A stretch of 61,625 nt of DNA, the filler included, from Choristocarpus tenellus KU-1152 (Eukaryota > Protista > Phaeophyceae): NCBI GenBank assembly GCA_964200185.2. It is 7 parts of 7 records of this genome, joined end to end, with 100 filler letters (N's around TTAATTAATTAA, not from the genome) between each part and the next. Parts side by side here need not be neighbours in the genome. Positions count along the whole stretch, not along the records: positions 1 to 18,764 come from CAXNAD020000519.1; 6 more parts are not named here. The stretch is one strand, 5' to 3'. Shown here one piece after another: positions 1 to 11,700 of the stretch. The first letter of the stretch is position 1; the number at the start of each line of letters is the position of its first letter. The translations under genes were made by a program, and so were the position numbers. The notes beneath the pieces were generated by a model that saw only the letters and a list, made by a program, of their open reading frames with translations, did no database searches and was not told where the DNA came from.

Positions 1-115
1 ACGTACTACGAAACATTTTGGAGTCGGAAAATGTCATAACAAAACCCATGGGAAGCCAAGCCCCACAAATGGACAAACACAAAAAAAATACGTACCCTCT
101 AAGATAGTTTCACTC
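1..115. mobile_element. MITE clan subtype A, partial copy cut by the window start
   Basis: Ends in CAAATGGACAAAC...GTACCCTCTAAGATAGTTTCACTC, the same terminus as the copies at 12884-13142 and (inverted) 42806-43063. Confidence 0.8.
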
Positions 116-214
116 GGAAAGGATCTGCTTCGTTGCATCTGTGACTCAGACGCCACACCCCCAGCGAGGAACGGACCTTGTGACCATGAGTGAGGGCATC
201 CACTAATGTTCGCG

Positions 215-500
215 TCGATGGCCTGCACTTGAGATCCGGCTTCAGGGTCTCTTTATACGACTTTGAGGCTGTGTAAAAGAGTGCAGGAATTCTTACTGTC
301 TGCCCTGGTTCGCATCAATGCCCTGTACGTGAGATCACAGCCTTGAGGCTATGTAAGAGAATGTTGGTCGCCTTATTCTGAGCACTGGCTCTCACATTTG
401 AGGGCATGGCTTCAGGGTCTCTCTTTACAACCTTGAGGCTGTGCAAGACTGCGAGCCACGGTATTGTGTCTACCGGGTCACATCAATGGCCTGTGCCCCA
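215..500. repeat. Degenerate tandem repeat, about 3 units of 80-100 bp
   Basis: Recurring blocks GGCTTCAGGGTCTCT, (C/T)TTGAGGCT(G/A)TG(T/C)AA and TC(A/G)ATG(G/C)CCTG. Confidence 0.55.
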
Positions 501-687
501 GACCATGACCTCAGAGCCTACCCCCAATGAAGGGAAGACCTCGAGATTGTCTATGGGTATCCCGGAAGCATTGTTCTTGTGTGTTCCGTGTGTCTCGATT
601 TTCTGTGAAGTAAGTTCCGCTTTATTCGCTTACTCGCTTTTGTTGTGCGTTGGTGATCTTGTGGTTTGTGTGCGTTCTCCTGCATTG

Positions 688-779
688 TGTTATAACACTG
701 GTAAAACTCTGTGTCTACCGAAGAGACAGTCAGTTGACTATCTCCTCGGTAGACACAGGGATTTACTAGTGTTACAACA
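688..779. repeat. Near-perfect inverted repeat (45-bp arms, 2-nt centre); candidate pre-miRNA/siRNA hairpin
   Basis: TGTTATAACACTGGTAAAACTCTGTGTCTACCGAAGAGACAGTCA-GT-TGACTATCTCCTCGGTAGACACAGGGATTTACTAGTGTTACAACA; 6 mismatches between arms, 5 of them transitions. Confidence 0.8.
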
Positions 780-1412
780 ATAGCTAATCCCGAGGATCGC
801 AAGGTGTTAGACTTGATGAAGTTTCGCTCGAGGGTTGCTATCCCTCTAATCAATGACCAACTTTGACGGGGCATTTACTTATGTGAGGTTATGCATACTG
901 GCAGTGTGTTTAGCCTTTTGGCGGATGTGTAACCATGGCGAGATTCAATCCCACGAGAGTAGCGTTTGTTACACTCCTTCAACAGTGTTCCACTTCTTTC
1001 AGTCGGGGGTGGGTGTTAAAACATAGGCTACTCATCTGTTTGTTGGTTGATAGGATACAGTTCCACCAGTCAACACTGATCGTTGAACTGTATCAATCAC
1101 CACCTTCAGGTACAGAAGTAACCAGTGGTTCGATCAGCCGCAACTCAGTCGCAGATAGCTAAGGGAACATAAGGTGTGCTCTGTCCGTGACCCATAGGTG
1201 CGCCCCTTTCAAGAAGATGTGATACAAGGAGAAGGATAGAGACTGGATACTCAGGTTGAGTACCTCGAGAAAGAGACAAAGGAGGGCAGGATGAGTCTAT
1301 TATTTCCCATCATCCGGGAACAGTGAACAAGAGCACACTGGAGATGGGAATAGAGGGGGGGAGATTGTAACATACAGATGAGTGGGGTACAGAACCCTCC
1401 TGGGTTTGGTTA

Positions 1413-1591
1413 GGCTCAAAGTATCTGGGAGGTTGGGGGGGTCTACACCAGTGTATCCATTCGGGCCTTGACCAGGAGAAGTGAAATTTCATTATCCATC
1501 CGATGGATGCAACCAAATCACCCAAAACTCATGACATGGAAAAATGGGCCCCAAATGGACAACCACCACCCCCCACCAGATACGTTGAGCC
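1413..1591. mobile_element. MITE clan subtype B, full copy, TSD TTA
   Basis: TIR GGCTCAAAGTATCTGG...CCAGATACGTTGAGCC flanked by TTA on both sides; homologous to 7077-7260. Confidence 0.85.
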
Positions 1592-1607
1592 TTACAATGA
1601 AGGAAGA

Positions 1608-1787
1608 GGGTCAAAGTATATGGGGGGGGGGGGGTTGTAAGGGGGCGTCCATTTTGGTCAAACAACTCTTTTTTTTTTGCTGACATTTCAAATCCGACAC
1701 GTGCAACCAAATCACACCAAATAGATGAAAATCGAAAAAAGGATGAAAAACGGACACCAACACCCCCCACCCCGAATACTTTGACCC
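1608..1787. mobile_element. MITE clan subtype C, full copy, TSD AGA
   Basis: TIR GGGTCAAAGTAT...ATACTTTGACCC flanked by AGA. Removing it restores an intact unit of the adjacent ~85-bp repeat. Confidence 0.85.
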
Positions 1788-2180
1788 AGAGTCTTTGTAT
1801 GACTGTACCCTATTTCTGTGTGACTGTGACACATTACTGTGCATTGTATTTATCTTTGTTTCTAATTTTGAAGGGAGAATCTTTCTATGACAATACCCTA
1901 TTTCAATGATATTGTGATTTTTCTGTCCGTAGTCATTTGTGTATATATTATTCTGAAGGGGGAGAGTCTTTCTATGTCAGTACCCTACTTCTATGCTGTT
2001 GTGAGACATCTTTTCTGCATTCAATTTCCTCACAGATAAGGGGAAGAGTCTTCATATGACAGTATCTTACTTAAATGTTATTGTGTGACAGTTTTGTCTG
2101 TGTTTTTTTTGTCCATAGTTCTTAGGGGGAAGGAGAGTCTTTCTATTACAGTACCCCATTTCTTTGTTCACACGATTTTG
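1788..2180. repeat. Degenerate ~85-bp tandem array, 5 units; unit 1 interrupted by the MITE at 1608-1787
   Basis: Core approximately GAAGGGGAGAGTCTTTCTATGACAGTACCCTATTTC at ~1600/1788, 1870, 1955, 2037 and 2123, separated by variable T-rich segments. Confidence 0.75.
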
Positions 2181-2380
2181 TGTATGTAATTCTTTGTGTT
2201 CCATGGTCGTGAAAGGGGCTGTCCTTGTAAAAGTAGTGCACTCTTTTGACACGAGTGTGAGACTCTGGTTTGGGAGTTGTTTTTTTTCTAATGTCGAGTC
2301 AAATGCAGAGTGAGTGCCGTCCGTGAGATGCGAGTGGCACGGTAGCATATATGTTGTCAAGGAAAATGTTGGAAGGAGTT

Positions 2381-2638
2381 GAGCTAGAGTATTTAAGAGG
2401 GTAGGAGCTTTTTCCTGTTTTTCTGTTCGGAGCTTGACTTCCCACCTTTTTTTTATGCCCTTTTTCGATTTTCTGTGTGATCACATTTACCTAAAATGTA
2501 TATGACTATGAAAGGTGTGTCCAGAGCAAGGATATGAACATTTGCTAACAAACACAATAGAAAAAATGAATCAAAGTAGCAGCATTGGATTTATGACCCC
2601 AAACGGACGTGACCCTACCCTCTTAAATGCTTTGGAGC
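2381..2638. mobile_element. MITE clan subtype A', full copy, TSD AGTT
   Basis: GAGCTAGAGTATTTAAGAGGGTAGG...CCTACCCTCTTAAATGCTTTGGAGC flanked by AGTT; homologous (inverted) to 29144-29411. Confidence 0.8.
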
Positions 2639-3144
2639 AGTTTTTCTCTCCAAATCATGGATCAGCAACGCTGCCCACTGATATGTTAGAACCTGCAGGT
2701 GACGTTCATTTCATGTCTGCTACGTTCATGGTAGGATAAGAAGTGACTTTTTGTTTCCTTGTCCAATCGCCTGTTCTTCGTGTTGAAGCACCTATGCTTC
2801 ATGCTGGGTCATGACACGGACGATGGGTCATAATGTTCGTTTCATAAACATTGTTATGACCTTGACATGCTGTATTTATTTAATTGTACTTCTCGGCTAT
2901 ATTTTTCTTAGTCACTATGAGATCGTATATATCTCGTATGCTTCTACACTTCTTTTTGTATACCCCAATGAAAGCAATGAAGCAGACAATTGAAGTGAGA
3001 GATCCAGCATACTTGAAGATATCTTCATCTGCTAAGGCGCCCTCTACAAACCTCATCATCCACCTACAAGCGTGTGGATTGGAGCTACATATCCCATCAT
3101 GATAAGCTTGTGGAATGTTAGGTTGCAGACCTAGGCTAATATGA

Positions 3145-3400
3145 GAGTGAAAGTAACTCAGAGCGTACGAGTTTTGTCCTGTTTGTCCATTTGGGGCTTG
3201 ACATCCCATGGGGATTTTACGACGTTTTCCTACTCCTAAATATTTTGGAATAGGTAAAATGTGCACGTTATGAAAAGGTGGGTCTGGAACAAGCATATTG
3301 ACACTTCCTAACAAACACAATAGGCAAAAATAATCCGAATCGCAACATTGGATTTTGACCCCAAATGGACGCGGGTCTATCCTCTAAGATAATTTGACTC
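3145..3400. mobile_element. MITE clan subtype A, full copy, TSD TGA
   Basis: GAGTGAAAGTAACTCAGAGCGTA...TATCCTCTAAGATAATTTGACTC flanked by TGA; colinear with 42806-43063. Confidence 0.85.
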
Positions 3401-4754
3401 TGAGCATCGACAACTAGGTATAGATACCCCTGAACCAAGTGTCATGACTAAACGATCAGTTGTAGCTGTTAGGCTGCTTCGGCCGGAAGCTGGGAAATGT
3501 TGTTCGTCAGTGATAAATAGTAGTAGATTAGATCTCATTATAGGGTGGTAGCTTGGCATAACATCCACCATTAGTGATATGTTTTAGACGAGATCAGGAG
3601 TAGAAATTGTTGTTCTGGCCAAAACCATTATCACCCATTGGCAGCAGTATCAGAATTGACAGGGTAGGGCACATCATAGTGTGATAGAACAGCTGGGTAA
3701 TCGATAAAGGTCATCACTGGGGTGAACTCAATGGGATAATATGGTGGGTATGTAGTTGTGCTAAGTCAGGAATAGTTGTGCTAAGTCCGCAATAGTGATC
3801 AAAGGACACAATCATAGTGTGTTCAAACTGTTAGATTTAAGTCTCAAAGTCATTACTGGGGGAGAAAATGGTGGGGTCATAATGTGGGTAGATGTTTGTG
3901 CCATGTGAGTGGTAGCAATCCATCCCGCTCCCATCACGGATAAGAAAAAAAGAGAACACTATTCCACTTAGGTACCCAATCACTACAAATGTTTACGATG
4001 TATTACTCTGATGCCAGGTAAGTGTATGCTGTATTGTTAGTGGTGATGTGGGGGTTACCATTGATCATGTAAAGGGTGAGGAGGAGGGTGAATATACACT
4101 ATATGCCACAAAAGTTATGTCCAGCTTGTAAAAGAAGTAAGGTTGCAGAATTGTCATATGCGTATTGTGTATCTCACTGATTCCAACCAGAGACCAACAC
4201 CATGAACTTGTTCAATACACGCGCAAATCACTGACCACTGTCGCCTTTAGTAGAATACATCGATGCCATAGGTGGGTGTGCCTACATCTAGAGTGACCCT
4301 CGGGACTAGTCACTAACAGATACACGGAAAACTCATATCCATCATACATGAACTATGTTTTCGAGCAACTGATAGATACTGGATGAGTTGGAGGGGGGTG
4401 TGGAGGTTTGGACACAGTTATGCCTAGTGCACCTGATCTAACGGAATCCACCCAGAAGATACAACCTGTCATATCCCCTCCCCCACATCAAAATCTTCCA
4501 CTTACAAGATAGTTCCAAGGTTGAAATAGCAAGCTATGAGGTCTGATCATCCTGTTCTTGGTAAAGGGTAGGTCCAAAGATTTGTAGGAGGTACAGTAGG
4601 GTAGTTTAGAGTTGGGGTGAAGTATCCTTAAGGCACATTTGAGTTCTCGCCATTTTAGAGTAGGAAATAACTTCAAGATTACGAACAGGTAGATTTCGTT
4701 ATGTGGGGTTATCATCCGATTCGGCACCGTTCTCGTTCGGTGAGCCCAGGCATT

Positions 4755-4850
4755 TCGCGGCACAAATGGACGGCACAGAGTTAACACATAGTCTCAAATT
4801 TGCATCCCTTTCCTATATCCCTGCCTGGCAGATGAAAAAGAACCTGAGAA
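4755..4850 (-). pseudogene. Possible relic of a piggyBac-type C-terminal Cys-rich domain
   Basis: Translates to KGCKFETMC*LCAVHLCR, with RFFFICQ just upstream in another frame; resembles the ...T.x.C..C.VHLC motif. Contains a stop and a frameshift. Confidence 0.3.
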
Positions 4851-5648
4851 TGGGGTGCTTCTTGAGGATGTGCAAAGGTGCGCCAGTTCAAGCCCATGGC
4901 AGGCACCAAATTCATCTTGAAATTGCGGCTTGGGGAGGAATATTGACATGTTGGAATAAATCTTTCTGGAGGCTGCACCAGATCTGCTTCCATCAGAGAG
5001 CGTTTACCTCCACTATGTAAGCAGGGGAAAGTCATGGTATCAAATAGGTGATCTTCATTCAATTTTGTTGTCCCTCGATTGCGCACGGTATGTACAGAAG
5101 AATCACTGTTCTTTCTTTCATACAATAGTTTGATATGGGTACGAACTTGTAAGAAAATCCCATAAACTCCCAATAAATTATATACATTCGTACTTCAAAG
5201 TAGGAACTATTATTGTTGTTAATTGTAACAACAGGTTCAACCAAGTTCCATTTAATAGATCGAGAATGACCTAGATCTTACCTGATTTTGTTTTTACAGA
5301 AGACATAGAGAATTGACATTTTACGTATATTTGTGGGCATTGTATAGCTGTCCGTGTAGCTCATTATCTAAGATGGCGGCTACCCTCTCGAATTTCGCCT
5401 CCAGTGTCTGACTTCTTTAATCGAAATCTGGTTTGATGATCTTATTCGATGTGTTAAGGACAACAGATTTTATCCCTATCTCTAGCATCCTGTCTGTTGC
5501 GATACCATACAAGCACTTGGACAAAGATCGTGGTGGAAATCTTGGGGGCAGGTAGAGCAGGATATCTGATGGAGGACACAGCAATGAGTGGTGGGAGTGC
5601 TGAAACAAACGCGTAAGCGGCAAGCAAGGAACAGAGGTACTCCTATCA

Positions 5649-5814
5649 GAGTCAAAGTATCTTAGAGGATAGAGCCGCGTCCATTTGGGGGCCAATATCC
5701 AATGTTGCAATCTTGACACAATTTTGGCTATTGTGTTGTGTAAGAACCCATGGGAAGCCAAGCCCCAAGTGGACAAACAGTGCAAAACTAGTACCCTCTA
5801 CGATACTTTGATTC
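5649..5814. mobile_element. MITE clan subtype A, internally deleted copy, TSD ATCA
   Basis: GAGTCAAAGTATCTTAGAGGATA...TACCCTCTACGATACTTTGATTC flanked by ATCA; about 90 bp shorter than full A copies. Confidence 0.85.
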
Positions 5815-5894
5815 ATCAGTCCTAGTACAACATTTCGTCAGTGGATAGTATGAGAAGTAGCATGCTGTGTAGAACCTCCGACCACAGATATTTC

Positions 5895-6130
5895 CTCCAA
5901 CCAATGTCACAGAAATAGCATTTTTTTTGTCTATTGTGTGTTGGGACTATGTGTACGATGTTGTCTAACGCTTGGTGTGGTTGAGAGGAAGATCACATCC
6001 CATAACTCCACTCCACAGTGCCAAAGTGTGCAGGGGCAAGTAACGATTTCTTCTGACTTCTGTTCATTCCACTGATGTCTCAACAGGTTGTTTTTCTTGG
6101 AACAATCGGCTCTGCAGAACCTGCAAGGAC
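5895..6130 (-). pseudogene. Decayed tandem C2H2 zinc-finger segment, probably the N-terminus of a DNA transposase
   Basis: CRFCRADCSKKNNLLRHQWNEQ fits C-x2-C-x3-(F)-x5-L-x2-H-x4-(H). It is followed by a second CPC...C unit and FL*HWLEEI in another frame. Confidence 0.35.
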
Positions 6131-7076
6131 GAGGACACCATATGGAACTCAGAGAGCCTACAAGTGAGGTGCACGAGATGAGCATCGACAAGTGCTACTC
6201 ACAGGATGGAATTTTTCCTCAGTGAAATGATGTGGGAGAAAGAATGGACCGTGGAAAGTTTCACTCTGCCCAAGGTTGCCATTAAGTTCACATCAAGCAC
6301 CACCAGAAGACCCTTGCCATCTAGTTGCCCAAAATAGTCTTTTGCTGCATAGCATGACTCGCTTTGCCCCAATTTTCATCAAGCTGGGCCGTTCCTCCAC
6401 ATGCGTATCATATATTCGATCATGACACATCCAAAAAATGTCATCAATATATGTCTGCATATCTACATATCATTGATACCATGTTGGCAGCTCAGCACAT
6501 TTGAAAAAGGTAGCCTAGAAACAAACACACTTGCCAGCACATCAGATCTGTTTCCCCTTGGCTAACTCCGACAACAATGAACATATCATATATATACTGG
6601 CCTTCCTGTTTGTGTAATTCTTCGCGGCTGAAGACAAGGTTGGATGAGGTTGTGGCCGATCAACACTACACGGCTTACGTTTGCCCAACAAGTGATGCCG
6701 GCCAAAAGACTTGTGGGGCTGCCAAGTATACATTCAAAAATGTACAGGGTGATAAGAAGAAACCTGACAGCGTTCGGTTGACATCCAGATCCTCGAGAAC
6801 CTTTGAGAGCATTTTCTTTTCCAAGTTGATCTTGGTTGGTGGGTCAGTCCCTGACATGACCCAATTTTCCATACTCGAGCAATGTCTTGATGCGTTCTTT
6901 TGAAAGACCTGCAGTCGACCCCACAGCAAGGGCTTCTGTCTCTGCAGGTGAGCTATATGATCCTGCACTACAAGATTCCATGGTCTGGCAAGATGCTGGC
7001 TCCGACTAGTGGTACCTCTTCTCTGCAAGTCATATTATCTTTATGTGTGTGTCTATTTTTATTTTACATACGGAGT

Positions 7077-7260
7077 GACTCGAAGTATCTGGGGAGGGGG
7101 AGGGGTTCTACACCAGGGTGTTCATTTGGATCCTCACCAGGAGCTTTGCACTTACATTATCCATCCGATGCATGCAACCAAATCATTCAAAAATCGCGAT
7201 GTGGAAAAATGGGCCCCAAATGGACACCTGTCACATCCCCTCCAGACAGATTTTTTGGCT
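7077..7260. mobile_element. MITE clan subtype B, diverged copy
   Basis: Colinear with 1413-1591 (GAAGTATCTGGG...CATTATCCATCCGATG.ATGCAACCAAATCA...GGGCCCCAAATGGAC). Confidence 0.8.
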
Positions 7261-10200
7261 ACATAGATGATTGTGTTTGCGTCTCTTTTTGTATCTTGTG
7301 TCGTAATAGATGTAAGTGTGTGTAGTGTTCATGAGGGGGTCCAGAGACAGTAACGGGGTCTCACATAGGTTATTTTATCAAGGATTGTGAGATATCCTTT
7401 CTTTTTGGTAGATGTCCAGTATGCAGTACACAGAGGGTGTCATATCCAAATTGCTCGCAATCCGACTTGCACCTCCAAAGGGTTGCTAGTAGGTAGGGTA
7501 AAATGCTGGGGTATCTCAGTCTTGCAGATATTGTTTTCTCCTTGTACGGAGTGATGCCATCCATGGATTCAACGACGCTTGGTAATGTAATGAGGGAAGA
7601 GTTCCATACACATAATGAGCAGAAACAGAGGTGGGACTGTCCTCACTACGCATCGGAACATTGGTATTGAGGTACCGTGAGACGGTCTCTCACCACCTCC
7701 CCTTCAAAACTCGATTTCACCAGGAAATATCGGTCACCAATATTTTTTAGAGTTCCGTTGAATTTGCATCTTAAAAATGTCATGTTCTGACCCCCTAAAA
7801 TGATGTGCCAAATCTCACACGAGGTGAAATCATTATGATATTTGTACCCCAACCAAGAAAATGTTCATAGACATCGACGGATGTGGAGATGTCATGTGTC
7901 TTCCTATAGATTGTAGCGTGGTCTCTGGTATCCATAATGAAAAGGATGGGAGAGAGCCAAGGTGAGCAACTTATGTTGATCTCTTGACGTGTCAAAAAGT
8001 ACACTCATCTCTAACAACGTTGAGCCTTAGTGTTGAGCAAATAATCTACGCTATTTATCAATTTCCTTTGCTCTGCGGGCATTGAATATGACATTTAGGC
8101 TCGCTATTTGATCTCCACTTGCTATGAATTCACCTCCTACCTTATTTGGCAATAATTTCATTCATACTGCTTTAGTTAATCCCTGCTGTTCCGGCTCTTG
8201 TCTTGGGCGGGAAGCTTATTCAAACACCTCACGGTAGAGAATCAAGCGTGTAGTCTTTTTTACTCCATGTGCAGAAGTGGGTGAGCTTTACTAGGAGCCT
8301 AACATGAGAGACTCCACTGTGGTTTTGACAAGGGATAGCTTCTTCATATGTGTACCACTCTGACATGAAAGTGTATTCCTAGGTCAGAGAAGGCATTGAT
8401 GGACAATCTAGACAATATCCCCCTGCTTCTCACACAAAAAGGACTCAACTGCAAAGTGACTTCTTTGAAAATGCACAAATAATTTTTTGCCAACTTCAGG
8501 GAATCCTTGATATATATGTAACGATATATTCCTCTGAGTTGGTACAACTAAGTTTCAGTTTCAACAAGGCACTGGATAAGATGGCTCAATATCGTACCAC
8601 TTACACCACGAACATGATCCACAGAACTTAAGGTCCAAGGCTGCTCTAACCTGTGGTTTTAAAAGATAGGCGTGAAAGGTTGTACAGAAGTGTTGGTCAA
8701 TACCGGGTACAGTCAACACAAAGTCAGAACAAAAGTCATTACTCTTTATTACGCCCACATGTTGGAGGAGATTCTACCTTTATCAAATAGTATATCGAAC
8801 TTTTGTCCACTTACTAGATCTTCTAGAAGGCAAAACAGAAACATACTAAATTTAAGTAAACCATGCACATTCATATTTATACAACTGAGTAGAACTGACC
8901 CAGAGCATTCAACAACAGTCAATATGTCTATGTTCTTGGAGGTTAGGACTGGCGGCAGAGTGAAGCGCTTACTGGTAAATTTTATGGTAAATCCACCACG
9001 CGATTTTGAAGAAAACAGTATTTTACTCTAATATCCACAAAATAGTCCGAAGTATATTAGAAGAGGAACACCACGAAAGACCAAAAAGTACCCATGGAAT
9101 AGGTCACTTAAATATGGCAACATTTAGGAAACTTAATCTGCAAGAAGTCATGGAGCCAGGTACACAATCGAGGTAAACAAGAAGTACCAGAGTTGCATTT
9201 GAAGGTTTCTGTCAAATATGTACAAACTTTGACTTTTTTCAAATGTGTGCAAGGGTATTTTCTGAATTGTGTCGGAACTTTCCAAGCGGTACAGAAATAA
9301 ACACACTCAAGTCAAACTTACAAGTTCATCCATAGGAATATGGGTGAATTGCAGAAGATTGAAAAAACATACTTAAAATGAAAAATGAAAAAAACCTGGG
9401 TATTTCTCGTTTACTTGGCTCAAATATCTTCCCCCCAATTCATTGTATGCAATGCTCCATTTTTCTCATGTGTGGTCTGTATCACCCACACACCACCTCC
9501 TACTGGATACAATATCCAATGTGTACTGAGAGGGGATCAATCATCAGGGGGAAAAATCAATTTAAATAATATACACCCAGGGGAAAATGGTCTAGCATCA
9601 CACTCCTACATACTTCATTCAACCCATCCATCGAGAAGCGCCTCACACACAAGCATCTTGATGTCATAAACCAAAAAAGCTTAATGTAGGGACTCTCAGA
9701 AGCTAGTTATGGGAGGCACACTGGGCTACTCTTGTACTCATAGGTACTAGCAGGAGCCACGATTGAGGAGGAAGGTCAAAGTGCAGCAAGGACATTAGGT
9801 ATAGCCCAACCAAGTTTGTCAATGTTGTCTCTTGGGCTGGACCGCAGGTGGAAGAACACCATCAGTGAAGTCAACGCAGCTATGTCTCAACAAGATAGGG
9901 TGAACAGGCATTTATTGGGTTCTTTGAGCTCTACCCAGGACAATATGATTTGTAGCACAAGGTGAATGAACAGCACAGCGTGTAGAACATGCAACAAATA
10001 TTGAAATCCACTTGGCTGTCATGTGCTACAGTGGGCACAAAATTAGAGTGAAGCATCTATGGGGTATCAAAACTGAGTAACTAAAGTTTTGATCTGAAGT
10101 TCCATACTGCAATTCCCAAGGTAATTTGTCACTATTGTTGGTCAAGTCCTTAGGCACATCGCATACTCTGAATCCAGAAAATTGATGCCACAGTTGCAAA

Positions 10201-11106
10201 ATACCCCCCAAAGATTGACAACTATTGAATAGACCATGAACATTTTCAGGGATGACAACCCAAGTGGGGGACATTTGTACTTGAACAAATCTCACCTCCA
10301 TGATATTGTGATAGCTCTCCGCTTGCTGCAGGATCTCTAGTTGAGCCTCTTTATCATAACTACCTGCAGTAACATGCTTGTGCGTCTTAGAAGGATCAAT
10401 GGCGAATACCATCCTAAGCACCCCAGATTCGTCACGAGGGTAGAGATAAGAGGCAAGATTTGATGCGTGCTCCTCACGCATACCAAGAAATCGAAACAGT
10501 TCACACGTTTTCTCGACTCCACTGTCTTCATAGAAGTCATTAAACCTGAAAAGCAAAAAAGTTCAACAGGTGATAAACCTTTGTGTGTGAAAACATTAAA
10601 AGAAGCATGATGGGGACCGTGTACTCCACAATAGTTTGCACAGAATGCACTGACTACATCTCACATGGCGACCTGCCATACTATTTGTATGTAGTCCTAT
10701 ACTATCAACATTGAAATGTTCCCCTGAGACATTTGCTTGTCCTTAACGGTACTATCAAAATTGAAACATCTCTCTAAGACCTGTCCATTAGCTTGCCAAC
10801 AGTCATTATCTACTACTACCTATTGCTTGGTTAGAGTCAAGGAAAGACGAGACAAAACCCAGTTGAAGCTCCAGTAAGCATTTTCAAAGAAACTACTTCT
10901 GGTACTATGCGATAGATCCTGCCATGCCTCATTCCTCGCCATTAATATGGGAACTGCTTGTAATGGGGGAAAAGCATCTGAGCAGAGATGCCCAAAAATA
11001 CCCTGGAACCCTCTTTACACATACCTGCGGATATTGTGCAGATCCGGAACATGGTCCAGGGAAAAGCACAGTAGTAAAGAATGTATAGGGTATTAAAACT
11101 GAGTAA

Positions 11107-11700
11107 ATGAGAAAGCAAGCTGGCAATTTTGAATACCTTGGAGGGATTATCAGTGATGAAGTTGATACCACTATCAAGATCAACTAACAGATTTTAAAAG
11201 GCTGGGGTTGTTTGTACAAGTATATTCAAGGGGCTTATGGTAGGACCACGGGTGCATCACTTGAGCTTAGTACTCGATTGCTCAAGGCTAGAGTACTGGA
11301 GGTCTCGGTACATGGTAGAGTGATGCGGATATGCCACAAGGTTCACGGTATTTACCTTTGCTCTAAATATCACAGATCCTCTCTATGAGGCATCAATTTC
11401 ACGCAAAGGAACAAATTAATCACACCCTATACCATAGATATATATGCCCTTGTGACGACTGGGTGGAACAGTAGTGCGGTGACTGTGTGAAAACAGAGAC
11501 TGCTGTTAACCGGCTCAGGTGAACATGGGGGATGGGAAACTTCCGATGGAATCAGTATTTGGGGAACTTGCCGCATATTTTTTTTTGTGCAAGGTGGACA
11601 GGAGAGGGACTGGTGAATGCACTGGCAAGATGGCCTATAGAAGGTTGGGATCATGGCTAAGCGATGGATCACAAGGGTACAATTTCCTACTTTTGAGGTT
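11107..11700 (+). mobile_element. 5'-truncated, decayed RTE-clade LINE (C-terminal RT region)
   Basis: Translates to KQAGNFEYLGGIISDEVDTTIKIN*QILKGWGC...ASLELSTRLLKARVLEVSVHG...KQRLLLTG...GKLPMESVFGEL...GGQERDW. This matches the ordered RTE motifs F.YLG, EI.RRI..AW, L..YG..W, RLP..L.GEL and G.P...W. Confidence 0.75.

Noticed and set aside
1788-2180. CRISPR array
   Set aside because: Repeats are too divergent, spacers are compositionally similar, there are no cas genes and the context is eukaryotic.
2880-3320. Similar ORFs MCLLGSVN... (also 12966-13256, 29188-29424, 5417-5785) as a small gene family
   Set aside because: They are translations of MITE copies; frames and stops are not conserved between copies.
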